Sequence record: NC_041917.1
Length of the DNA stretch: 64,000 nt
Direction: 5' to 3' (one strand)
Under the pieces are notes generated by a model. The model was not told the DNA's origin. It ran no database searches and saw nothing but the letters and a program-made list of their open reading frames with translations. Made by a program: the position numbers and the translations under genes. Positions 1-8,192 of the stretch are shown here, in pieces (the stretch's first letter is position 1; each line of letters begins with the position of its first letter).

Positions 1-17
1 GATTCTTTCCTGAATCG

Positions 18-236
18 TTGAAAGGTATGGGTGGTGATCAATCGTTTGGTAATTTTAGTTACCAATACTATGATGCTAAAGCAAACGAAGTTATTTGGAT
101 GAACTTATATCAAGAAGAACTTCAAGAACGTTTGCATGAATTGCAAAAAGCTTCAGCGATTCTTTATCAAGAACGGCGTTCTCGTGAAAAAGAGGAACGT
201 AAAAATGACGAAAGCGGAACTACTGGAAATTCTTAA
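18..236 (+). CDS. hypothetical protein (may begin upstream of window)
   Basis: ORF track; overlaps next gene. Confidence 0.5.
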   Translation: MKGMGGDQSFGNFSYQYYDAKANEVIWMNLYQEELQERLHELQKASAILYQERRSREKEERKNDESGTTGNS

Positions 237-393
237 AGATTATTCAGATGATTCATGTATTGAAGTAGTTCATGGTGGTGCACATTTTGATATTACGTGT
301 GTAGTACCTTATAATGATAATGGAACTATTATCGCTGAATTAGGAATTTTTGATCAAAAAACTATTCCTGAATCTGCAAAAAGGGTAATTTAA
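205..393 (+). CDS. hypothetical protein
   Basis: ATG at 205 after GAGG; ORF frame 136..393. Confidence 0.6.
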   Translation: MTKAELLEILKDYSDDSCIEVVHGGAHFDITCVVPYNDNGTIIAELGIFDQKTIPESAKRVI

Positions 394-604
394 ATGTCAA
401 TAAAAATTGATCCAGAAACTCAAACTGCGGTAGACCCTGAAAGTATTGGTAAGGGTATGTGGAAACGTGCAGTACTAGCAATTTGTGTTATTGCTGCAAT
501 TATTGTCACTGCAAAAATTCTGTAAAAAGTACTTGACAGATATTGATAATTTTGATATTATATCTGTCAAGGGATTTTTAATTAAGAACAAAAAAGGTAC
601 TTAC

Positions 605-820
605 ATGAAAACTCTGTATTGCTGGGTCGCTGGTTTAATTAGTGTGATGGTTGGTATAATGATAACCTCTATCCGAATGGCAACATGGCCTCAAGGTAAT
701 ATGTATTATCTATCATATGATGAACGGCTGTTTGTCGGTTTATGGGGTGGTGGTCTATTTTGTATGTGGGTGCTTATAATTGCACTTATTGTTTGGTTAG
801 TTGTAAAAGGTACTGACTAA
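605..820 (+). CDS. small membrane protein
   Basis: ATG 605 after AAGG; two hydrophobic segments. Confidence 0.65.
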   Translation: MKTLYCWVAGLISVMVGIMITSIRMATWPQGNMYYLSYDERLFVGLWGGGLFCMWVLIIALIVWLVVKGTD

Positions 821-1227
821 TGAATGAAGTAATTGAAACTTGGCTTAATAAGGCAAAAACGTATCCACCTGCGGAAATCTTTTTTGAAAAATACGGAAAA
901 GAAGCAAAAGCAGAAGAACGCCTGAAAGGTGTTTGTGAAGAAGTATATCGTTTCTGTTTCCCTGAAAACCAAAAAAATCCATTAGGTGATTTGGGTGCTT
1001 CCTATCGTGATTTTGAAGTAGCTTATATTATGGGTTTTGAAGGTATGAAGCCAGAATATATTCAAAAAGTAAAAGATAAATTTCTCGAAGATGTGAAATT
1101 TGCAATTACTGCATTGGATAATCTGTTTAAAAAAGATCAAGTACTTCAACAGTATTATGCACCGTGGAAAGTTAAATTCTCTGAAATTAATTCTATTGTG
1201 TTCGATATGACTAAGGATTATCTATGA
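820..1227 (+). CDS. hypothetical protein
   Basis: ORF coupled to neighbours (TAATG, ATGA). Confidence 0.75.
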   Translation: MNEVIETWLNKAKTYPPAEIFFEKYGKEAKAEERLKGVCEEVYRFCFPENQKNPLGDLGASYRDFEVAYIMGFEGMKPEYIQKVKDKFLEDVKFAITALDNLFKKDQVLQQYYAPWKVKFSEINSIVFDMTKDYL

Positions 1228-1523
1228 AAAAGTTTCATCATGAACATCAAATTCATTTAGTATCACCTTGCATTGAACTTATTACCAATAATTCAGATTA
1301 TTGGGAAGTACGTGAACGCTTGGATGATAATATGAATGGTGAAGTATCATTGGTATGGGATCAGTATAATAGAAATCTTTTAAATCTCAGTATTAAAGTA
1401 CGTTCAGCCGATATTAATTATGCTGAAAAGCTTGATAAAGCTATTGACGATTTAGCTGGGTACTGTTATGATTACGAATGTAATATCCGTATCGGCGGTG
1501 AAATTGTTAGGAGTGAAGTATGA
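1224..1523 (+). CDS. hypothetical protein
   Basis: coupled ORF. Confidence 0.7.
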   Translation: MKKFHHEHQIHLVSPCIELITNNSDYWEVRERLDDNMNGEVSLVWDQYNRNLLNLSIKVRSADINYAEKLDKAIDDLAGYCYDYECNIRIGGEIVRSEV

Positions 1524-1756
1524 AACTTGTAGCAATCGAACGAATTGGTGATTTTTCTATGCCGTACTTGAAATTGTTCAAAGGTTCAGAAGATTCACCA
1601 TCACCTGAAGTAGTACTGGCAGAATTGGAAGCAGTTAATTATCAAATTAATGTATTCTCAGATCAGGATGAAAAATTAGATAAACAAATGACTCGTATTC
1701 TTAACCGTAATGGTTATACGGAGTTTGAACCACCAACGGTCACGATTAGTGACTAA
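1520..1756 (+). CDS. hypothetical protein
   Basis: AGGAG RBS, coupled ORF. Confidence 0.7.
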   Translation: MKLVAIERIGDFSMPYLKLFKGSEDSPSPEVVLAELEAVNYQINVFSDQDEKLDKQMTRILNRNGYTEFEPPTVTISD

Positions 1757-1763
1757 TTAATTT

Positions 1764-1879
1764 GCAGTGATCGTCTAGAGGCTTAGGACACGAAAAAGCG
1801 ATTCTTGGTTAAGAATCTTACGGCATCAATAAACTTTCATTTCACGAACGTAACGCAGGTTCGAATCCTGCTCACTGCA
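1764..1879 (+). tRNA. tRNA-Glu(UUC) interrupted by a 43-nt insertion (1793-1835)
   Basis: Acceptor GCAGTGA/TCACTGC; T-arm GCAGG-TTCGAAT-CCTGC; removing the insert gives CG|TTC-ATTTCAC-GAACG. Confidence 0.85.
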
Positions 1880-1897
1880 CTAATATTGGAGTAATAT

Positions 1898-2200
1898 ATG
1901 AAAAGTATTCTTCTCTTTGAGTACTTCGCAACTGGCGAAGGTTGGCGTACTGTAATCCGCTTCTATAATCAGAATCGTGTTTCTGATGAGGCTGCACTGG
2001 AAACATTAAAATCAGAATTCGATCCATATTTTCATGTAGGATTTGAATTGCATGATATTAGTACTGTCAAGGATAATGCATCCTTAATGCGTACTTTGAA
2101 AGAACATGTTCCAATTTTGTACAATTATGTTATGTTACCAGATGATGCATATCATCCAGTAATTAATGTAAAATATGAAGGTTATGTAAACTATTCATAA
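1898..2200 (+). CDS. hypothetical protein
   Basis: GGAG RBS. Confidence 0.75.
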   Translation: MKSILLFEYFATGEGWRTVIRFYNQNRVSDEAALETLKSEFDPYFHVGFELHDISTVKDNASLMRTLKEHVPILYNYVMLPDDAYHPVINVKYEGYVNYS

Positions 2201-2209
2201 AAATAATTT

Positions 2210-2335
2210 GTGGGGTTAGCTCAGTCTGGTAGAGCAGCGAAAGAAAAAACAATGGAATCTTGAAAAGGATTCTAACAGCATTATATCTTCTACTGTAAAT
2301 TCGCAGGTCGGTGAGTTCAAATCCACCATCCCACA
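2210..2335 (+). tRNA. tRNA-Tyr(GUA)-like gene interrupted by a ~51-nt insertion (2242-2292)
   Basis: Acceptor GTGGGGT/ATCCCAC; D-arm GCTC..GAGC; GCGAA|CTGTAAA-TTCGC after removal; short variable loop and bulged T-stem are atypical. Confidence 0.75.
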
Positions 2336-2408
2336 CAAATTTGTCTTGACATGGTGTATCCTGTGTGTTATATTACTATCATCAATTAAACGAGATAGGA
2401 TTTAAATT

Positions 2409-2681
2409 ATGGACGGGATTGCAATGCGTATTCAAGTCTTACCGAATGGTTTGATTATTGGTCATGTTGTTCCAAAAGAACATCCAGCAAATCGCTGTTA
2501 TAATTTGGAACCGAACCATGTATATGAACTTCAAATTGATCTTACTTATGGTAACGATAAATTGAAAAACATTGGCGAAGCCGATTTTAAAACTTCTGAT
2601 GTTGATCCTCGTGGTTGTAGTATCGACCACTTGATTGCAGTAAGCAGTGGGCGTCATTTAACCGTGAATGATGGGAAATAA
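2409..2681 (+). CDS. hypothetical protein
   Basis: AGGA RBS; TTGACA promoter upstream. Confidence 0.65.
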   Translation: MDGIAMRIQVLPNGLIIGHVVPKEHPANRCYNLEPNHVYELQIDLTYGNDKLKNIGEADFKTSDVDPRGCSIDHLIAVSSGRHLTVNDGK

Positions 2682-2683
2682 AA

Positions 2684-3049
2684 ATGAAAGTATTCATTGA
2701 TGATATTCGTGACCCAAAAAATTACTTGACACCAGAACAGGCTGATGGTATTATTTGGATCAAAGAGTGGTGGTCAGCAAAACGCTTTTTGATTGATCAT
2801 GCTGCTGAAATTGAAGTGATTCATTTTGACCATTACATGGATGAACCAACGTTAACTGGTAAAGATTTATTCTTTATGGTTGCTGGGGATTGTATGTGGG
2901 GTGGAAAAGAAACATGGATTAAACTACAGAAAATTTATTTACATTCTTCTGATGTTGATATGGTTGAAGAACTTGTTGAAGAATATAGTACTGAATTGGC
3001 TGAATCTGGTGTTGAGCTTATTGATAACCATCAAGAAAGGAACTACTAA
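2684..3049 (+). CDS. cyclic-phosphate-processing receiver-like domain protein
   Basis: KVFIDDIRDP ... IHFDHYMD ... GKDLF ... IYLHSS pattern recognised by eye. Confidence 0.6.
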   Translation: MKVFIDDIRDPKNYLTPEQADGIIWIKEWWSAKRFLIDHAAEIEVIHFDHYMDEPTLTGKDLFFMVAGDCMWGGKETWIKLQKIYLHSSDVDMVEELVEEYSTELAESGVELIDNHQERNY

Positions 3050-3406
3050 ATGAAAGTTTATGTAGATGATATTCGTAATCCACAAAACCATCTAAGTTCT
3101 GAACAGGCAGCCGATGTAGTGTGGATTAAAGAATGGTGGGATGCACGTAACTTTATCTTTTATAATAATTTAGAAATTGAAGTGATTCATTTAGATAATT
3201 ATCTAGGTGACCGTACCCACACTGGTGCTGATTTACTTCGAATGATTACATATAGGTTTCGCCGTGGGGAATTCCCTAAGTTGAAACAAATTTATCTTCA
3301 CAGTTCTGATAAAGATATTGTGAATAAACTGTATGACACACATATTGAATGTTGTACAGAAGCTGGTGTTGAATTAATTAAAAATTCACGTCCAAACCGT
3401 AGTTAA
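3050..3406 (+). CDS. cyclic-phosphate-processing receiver-like domain protein (paralogue)
   Basis: KVYVDDIRNP ... IHLDNYLG ... GADLL ... IYLHSS; tandem paralogue of 2684..3049. Confidence 0.6.
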   Translation: MKVYVDDIRNPQNHLSSEQAADVVWIKEWWDARNFIFYNNLEIEVIHLDNYLGDRTHTGADLLRMITYRFRRGEFPKLKQIYLHSSDKDIVNKLYDTHIECCTEAGVELIKNSRPNRS

Positions 3407-3412
3407 ACAAAT

Positions 3413-3537
3413 GGCGAGTTAGCTCAGTTGGTAGAGCACGTAGAAACCCAAGATTCAAGTACTTGAATCTTACAGCAACAATAACTCATACACTTTTAAT
3501 GTCGTGGTCGTTGGTTCGAATCCAACACTCGCCGCCA
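3413..3537 (+). tRNA. tRNA-Lys(UUU) interrupted by a 49-nt insertion (3441-3489)
   Basis: Acceptor GGCGAGT/ACTCGCC plus G-CCA; CG|ACA-CTTTTAA-TGTCG after removal; T-arm GTTGG-TTCGAAT-CCAAC. Confidence 0.9.
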
Positions 3538-3554
3538 AATAATAAGGAGTACAT

Positions 3555-3761
3555 ATGTTCCTTGATGAAATTAAATCTGTTCCATTCCCAAGCTATAAAG
3601 CTTTGGAAAAATCACGTAACGAATCGTCTAAGTCTGTTAATCCAACAACTTATGATCGTTATGAAAAGTACCATTATCCTGCTGGTACAGAATTCCGTTT
3701 AGCAAAAGCTATTGATTCTGTAATTGTAAAAATTAAAAAGGTAATTAACTATGTCGGTTAA
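3555..3761 (+). CDS. hypothetical protein
   Basis: AAGGAG RBS. Confidence 0.7.
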   Translation: MFLDEIKSVPFPSYKALEKSRNESSKSVNPTTYDRYEKYHYPAGTEFRLAKAIDSVIVKIKKVINYVG

Positions 3762-4356
3762 ATTCACACCAGTAGTAACTACATTGAAAAACACACTTGT
3801 TGTTGAATTGGAATACGAGCATGGTGATGCAGATGCAACTACCTTTGAATATGTAAATATTCCAGTACTTCCTGAACAAAAAGAAAGTATTGGTGTGTTA
3901 CTTTCAATGATTGAGCACGGTCTTGAATGTCAAAATGCTGAACGTGATGACTACACTATTGACCCGTTCTTTGTTGATGAAACCATTGATTATGATGATA
4001 ATCAAGGTATTCCATTAGTTGGTGTTGAAGTTCGCTTCAGTTTTGATTATAATTCTCCGAAAGAGAAAGGAACTGTCGTTAGCGTTGACCACGAACAGAA
4101 ATATATCATTATTCGTTCATCTACTGGTGAAGAACACCAATTTGACTTTGATGAAATTGAAGATTGTATTGCTTCATCAACAGGTATGATGGTAATGGAT
4201 GGTGGTGAAATTAGCTTTACATATAATGGTATTAATGTTAACATTGGCAATGTTGGTGATTGTACTGTTGATTGTCAATTTAATGCATCGGGTGGTATTA
4301 ATGCGGTTTATTACTACGATGAAAATGCTATTAAATACAGTGTAACTGAATATTAA
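3751..4356 (+). CDS. acidic hypothetical protein
   Basis: GAGG-like RBS, 201 aa. Confidence 0.75.
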   Translation: MSVKFTPVVTTLKNTLVVELEYEHGDADATTFEYVNIPVLPEQKESIGVLLSMIEHGLECQNAERDDYTIDPFFVDETIDYDDNQGIPLVGVEVRFSFDYNSPKEKGTVVSVDHEQKYIIIRSSTGEEHQFDFDEIEDCIASSTGMMVMDGGEISFTYNGINVNIGNVGDCTVDCQFNASGGINAVYYYDENAIKYSVTEY

Positions 4357-4371
4357 AATTTGCGGGAACGC

Positions 4372-4401
4372 TTGACAAACTGCCAAAGACCCCGCTATAA
4401 T
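4372..4401 (+). promoter_or_regulatory. sigma70-type promoter
   Basis: TTGACA-N18-TATAAT. Confidence 0.7.
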
Positions 4402-4563
4402 AGAGGGGTTCTTTATGAAGCATTATTATGATGTATTAGTGACGGTAGTTGTGTTATTCGGTCTTGCAACTTGTTTGTTTAAAAGTATAATTGTGGCATT
4501 TATTGGAATAGCAATATTCTTTTTAGGATGCCTTGTTGAATATCTTATCAATAGGAACAAAAC

Positions 4564-4905
4564 ATGAAACACTTCTTGGAAGTACTGTTCGTAGCAATTG
4601 CAATTTTGGCTGGTTTATTAGGTCACGTTGGTCTTGCGATTTGGGCAGGTATGTTTGGTGTGATTATGTGGTTTATTATCCCAAATCCAACGTACCAACC
4701 ACAAGTTCCTGTAGTACCAAAAATTAATGGTATTGAAGTGGAATTTAAATATCGTTCAGATGAAGAAGGTAAAACGTTCACCATCGTTGTGCCAAATAAT
4801 GGTGATGAAGAAATTGTTAATGTGGTTAAGTACATTAACAATTTAACAGGTACAGAAACCTCGGCTGAACGTTTAGAGATTTTATCTACTAAGTACTTAA
4901 TTTAA
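4564..4905 (+). CDS. membrane protein
   Basis: AGGAA RBS; N-terminal TM segments. Confidence 0.7.
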   Translation: MKHFLEVLFVAIAILAGLLGHVGLAIWAGMFGVIMWFIIPNPTYQPQVPVVPKINGIEVEFKYRSDEEGKTFTIVVPNNGDEEIVNVVKYINNLTGTETSAERLEILSTKYLI

Positions 4906-4921
4906 GAGTACTTTAATAGTG

Positions 4922-4945
4922 AAAGCCCTTATTAAAGGGCTTTTT
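4922..4945 (+). terminator. intrinsic terminator
   Basis: AAAGCCCTT-ATT-AAAGGGCTTTTT hairpin with T tract. Confidence 0.7.
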
Positions 4946-4949
4946 AATT

Positions 4950-5035
4950 GGGGATATGGCGAAATTGGTAAGACGCACCACACTCAAAATGTGGCGGTTT
5001 AATCCGTGTCGGTTCGACTCCGACTATCCCCACCA
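4950..5035 (+). tRNA. tRNA-Leu(CAA)
   Basis: CCACA-CTCAAAA-TGTGG, long variable arm, CCA end. Confidence 0.95.
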
Positions 5036-5119
5036 AAAAAAAGATTGACAGTGCTACAAATTTTAAGTAAGATAGAGTCATTGAGTTCAGCAAGTTTAAA
5101 AAAATCTTTAAAAAACTGC

Positions 5120-5148
5120 TTGACAAGTGATTACAAATTCGATACTAT
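5120..5148 (+). promoter_or_regulatory. sigma70-type promoter
   Basis: TTGACA-N17-TACTAT. Confidence 0.7.
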
Positions 5149-5234
5149 GTATCACATCGACGGATGTAAAACGTATCTCTTGGTACTCAACGTTGAGTAC
5201 TGTTTTAGAAAATAATATATAAGGGCTTTAAAAA

Positions 5235-5456
5235 ATGGCTAAGAACACTATTACTGATATTGGCGAAGTTGAACGTACTGTGAACTACATCAAGTTCCAG
5301 ATCTCTCAAGCTGACGAACAGCTTGCTCCATTCGCTAACAGCGATAAGCCAAAGATCTGCTATGCACATCTGTTGGATTGGAAAAAACAGTTGCAGTCTG
5401 AACTGTATGAAATCCGTCAGGCTCAGCAGAAAGCACGTCACAACACGCACAAGTAA
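5235..5456 (+). CDS. hypothetical protein
   Basis: AAGGG RBS; downstream hairpin. Confidence 0.7.
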   Translation: MAKNTITDIGEVERTVNYIKFQISQADEQLAPFANSDKPKICYAHLLDWKKQLQSELYEIRQAQQKARHNTHK

Positions 5457-5516
5457 TGAGCCATGCCGCTAACATCGTTAGCGGCGTCTTTTAAGTGATA
5501 AAAAGAGTATAAAAAT

Positions 5517-5759
5517 ATGAAAAGTGCAACTACTTTAAAGAACATGCATACTCGCATTGAGTTACTTAAATCACAACGTGATTTAGCATGGATTGAATGG
5601 CATAAGTTAAATGATTTGGAACAGCGTAACAAAGAGCAAGGTAAAGCATTGTCTCAAACTTTCGCCCTTATCACTAAACTGACATATGAAATTCGCGGTC
5701 TGCAAATCACCTTTGGTGAACTGAAAGAACAAGTCATCAAAGAAATCATTTTGTCTTAA
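5517..5759 (+). CDS. coiled-coil hypothetical protein
   Basis: ORF track. Confidence 0.7.
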   Translation: MKSATTLKNMHTRIELLKSQRDLAWIEWHKLNDLEQRNKEQGKALSQTFALITKLTYEIRGLQITFGELKEQVIKEIILS

Positions 5760-5775
5760 CTAAAATGGGGTTGTT

Positions 5776-6237
5776 ATGGGTGCAATTATTCTGTACAGTA
5801 TTTTAGGTTTTCTCGGTGTATTCACTTTGTATATGTTCGTTGTAACATCTGCAATGGGTACTGAACGTTTAAAAACTTCACAGTACTTTATGTCTTCATT
5901 GAGTTATAGTGAAGAAGCTACAGTAAAAATCAATCTTTTGATTGATAAGTATCAAGCTGGCTTACTTAAAGCTAAGCTTAAATCAAATGTTATAGAATTC
6001 ACCGAAATGGAAGGTAATGCACTGGCTGGTGAGATTTATATTGCAAATAAGTACTTCTCGTATGGTCAGTTGTATCGTTATGGTGCAAATGGAAATACTA
6101 AGTGGCAATGCAATAAACCAGATTTAAAAACTTTCAAGCGTATTATTAAACTTGAAAAACAACTTGATATTACTGATGAAGTTCCAGTACAAAAAAGTAC
6201 TAGTAAGTCATCAGAAGAACAGGTTATTCTGGACTAA
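5776..6237 (+). CDS. membrane-anchored hypothetical protein
   Basis: N-terminal TM helix. Confidence 0.7.
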   Translation: MGAIILYSILGFLGVFTLYMFVVTSAMGTERLKTSQYFMSSLSYSEEATVKINLLIDKYQAGLLKAKLKSNVIEFTEMEGNALAGEIYIANKYFSYGQLYRYGANGNTKWQCNKPDLKTFKRIIKLEKQLDITDEVPVQKSTSKSSEEQVILD

Positions 6238-6273
6238 GGGCAGCAATGCCCTATTTTAATTGAGAGATTTAAT

Positions 6274-6957
6274 ATGAATATCATTGAACGAGCAAAACAT
6301 ATTGTTTCCGTTTCTGAATTTGAAAGTAATGTTAATCCAATAGAAATGAAAAAGATTAAAGCAGTTTGCCCATACGATGAACAATATATTTTACGTATGG
6401 TGGTAAGTACCGATGGTTTGACCTATCACTTACCTATTGAATTACGATGGATGTATCCATTGTATATTGCAGCTTTAAAACATCAAACTGAAGTAATTGG
6501 GATAAAACATCCGTTTTGTTATATTACTGTTCGTCATGGTTTAGTTAAATCAATAACTGATGACGAATGGCACGTTGATGGATTCAGTACTAAAATTGTT
6601 CATGTACCTGAACAGAACTACATTTGGTCTAACAGTATTCCTACCGAATACACCAATGTTTCTGTTAAGTTCCCTGATGATTTTGATTCTAATATTCATA
6701 ATGTGAATCATTACTTACAAAAGTTTGTCCATAATGATGAAGTTCAGCAGTGTAAAGAAAATGTGTTGTATTGTTTAGACCCATATATCTTACATCGTCG
6801 TCCATCATCAAGTACTGGTGAAGTACGTACTTTTGTTCGTATCTCATTTGTTCCAATTGAAATCAATGATGTTAATAACACCCAAAATAAGTTATTACCA
6901 CGTACTTATAACAACGATGGGGTTCAAGTACGAAATAAATTGAGAACGTATGGCTAA
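6274..6957 (+). CDS. 2OG-Fe(II) dioxygenase-like protein
   Basis: WHVDG (HxD) ... LHRRP ... RTFVRISF double-stranded beta-helix pattern. Confidence 0.65.
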   Translation: MNIIERAKHIVSVSEFESNVNPIEMKKIKAVCPYDEQYILRMVVSTDGLTYHLPIELRWMYPLYIAALKHQTEVIGIKHPFCYITVRHGLVKSITDDEWHVDGFSTKIVHVPEQNYIWSNSIPTEYTNVSVKFPDDFDSNIHNVNHYLQKFVHNDEVQQCKENVLYCLDPYILHRRPSSSTGEVRTFVRISFVPIEINDVNNTQNKLLPRTYNNDGVQVRNKLRTYG

Positions 6958-7363
6958 AATTATTTGTGGATTTCCTGGTATAGGTAAGAGTAGTATTAAA
7001 AATATCGGCAAAGTACTTGATTTGGATAGTTCTTTGTATACCAAGAATTCTTTATTTCCTGCTAATTATATTGTTGATATTGTATCTGCAATGGATGAAT
7101 ATGATTATATTTTGGTAAGTACGCATGACGTACTTAGAAAAGAATTACAATCATTGGGTATTAGTTATACTAATGTATATCCAGAGATTGATTTAGGTGA
7201 AGAATACCACGAACGTTATGTTCAACGCGGAAGTCCTGAAAGTTTTATTAATTTTATTGATGAAAATTGGGATGACTTCATATACGAATTGCAGTATGAT
7301 GATTCTGAATATGTTGAACTGGAAAGCGGTCAATTTCTTTCAGATATTATAGCAAATATTTGA
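6950..7363 (+). CDS. P-loop kinase/NTPase
   Basis: Walker A GFPGIGKS near N-terminus, small NMP-kinase-like size. Confidence 0.7.
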   Translation: MAKIICGFPGIGKSSIKNIGKVLDLDSSLYTKNSLFPANYIVDIVSAMDEYDYILVSTHDVLRKELQSLGISYTNVYPEIDLGEEYHERYVQRGSPESFINFIDENWDDFIYELQYDDSEYVELESGQFLSDIIANI

Positions 7364-7389
7364 AACGAAAGAAAAAATTGTGGTATAAT
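7361..7389 (+). promoter_or_regulatory. TGAAAC-N17-TATAAT promoter (RNA-gene class)
   Basis: TGAAAC ... TGGTATAAT; five more copies in the window. Confidence 0.7.
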
Positions 7390-7406
7390 ATAGTACATAA
7401 GGCAAC

Positions 7407-7523
7407 GGAATCTTACAGCAAAAATACTAATTTTTGATGAAAACGAAACGACGAGGTTCGAATCCTCACCCACGAATTGCCTTATTATTAGTGGGAGCAC
7501 GGTGCTGGATAAACAAAGATTCC
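7407..7523 (+). ncRNA. ACAGCA element bracketing a degenerate permuted tRNA (Ile GAU-like)
   Basis: GGAATCTT-ACAGCA ... AAGATTCC; GAGG-TTCGAAT-CCTC precedes CCCAC..GTGGG. Confidence 0.7.
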
Positions 7524-7584
7524 AGAATTTAAGTTAGAAAATTATGAAACAAATCAAAAATTTGTGGTATAATATAAGAAGTAA

Positions 7585-7691
7585 AGCGGGATGGTGATTG
7601 ATGAAAGCTATTATTTGATTCTAGAAAATCATAATAAGTGAGTAAGAGAACAGGGTTCTTAATATCACGAGGGTTCGATCCCCTGTCGCTG
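7585..7691 (+). pseudogene. degenerate Leu(UAG)-like tRNA
   Basis: TGATT-CTAGAA-AATCA hairpin, variable-arm hairpin, AGGG-TTCGAT-CCCT; poor acceptor and D arms. Confidence 0.35.
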
Positions 7692-7706
7692 CACAAAGCA
7701 ACAAAC

Positions 7707-7824
7707 GAAATCTCACAGCAAACAAAACAATTTTTTTCCTTGCATAGAAAAACGGTGGGGTTCGATTCCCCAACATCCAAGTTGCTTTTAGGATGTGTCT
7801 GGAAGGCCGTATGACAAAGATTTC
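7707..7824 (+). ncRNA. ACAGCA element bracketing a degenerate permuted tRNA (Ala UGC-like)
   Basis: GAAATCT-C-ACAGCA ... AGATTTC; CTTGCAT loop, GGGG-TTCGATT-CCCC, ACATCC..GGATGT. Confidence 0.7.
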
Positions 7825-8000
7825 AGTTCCTATCAACTAAAAAGGATAGCATATAATGAGTTCTGAAGAAAATTTAGAATTATTAAATAAAATAATGAAT
7901 GCCATTGCAAATGGTAAATTGAGTGAAACAATGACTGAACTTGGTTACGAAGTAACTAAGAGTACTGATAAAAGTACAGAATGGTCATTAAAACAATAAT

Positions 8001-8074
8001 GTTCTGTTAGACAAATTGGTAAAGTCACCACCCTTTCAAGGTGGGGTTTACGGGTTCGACCCCCGTACAGAACG
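8001..8074 (+). tRNA. tRNA-Glu(UUC)
   Basis: CCACC-CTTTCAA-GGTGG; acceptor GTTCTGT/ACAGAAC. Confidence 0.95.
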
Positions 8075-8079
8075 CTAAA

Positions 8080-8192
8080 GGATTCGCACAGCAACAATAA
8101 AATCTTAAAATTCAATTGGTGAAAACAACCTTGCAGTTCGATTCTGCTTCCACAATGTGTGGATCTGGTGATGGATAGAAAAAACCGAATCC
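8080..8192 (+). ncRNA. ACAGCA element bracketing a highly degenerate permuted tRNA
   Basis: GGATTCG-C-ACAGCA ... AGAAA..CGAATCC; GCAG-TTCGATT-CTGC then TCCAC-AATGT-GTGGA. Confidence 0.65.

Noticed and set aside
1793-3489. tRNA insertions as group I/II introns or BHB-type archaeal introns
   Set aside because: At 43-51 nt they are far too short for group I/II cores, and I could not draw a bulge-helix-bulge at the junctions.
7435-7450. Hammerhead-like TGATGA...CGAAAC inside element 7407
   Set aside because: It lacks the C of CUGAUGA, stem II and a matching stem III/UH site, and is not repeated in other copies; it is better explained as an anticodon-arm remnant.
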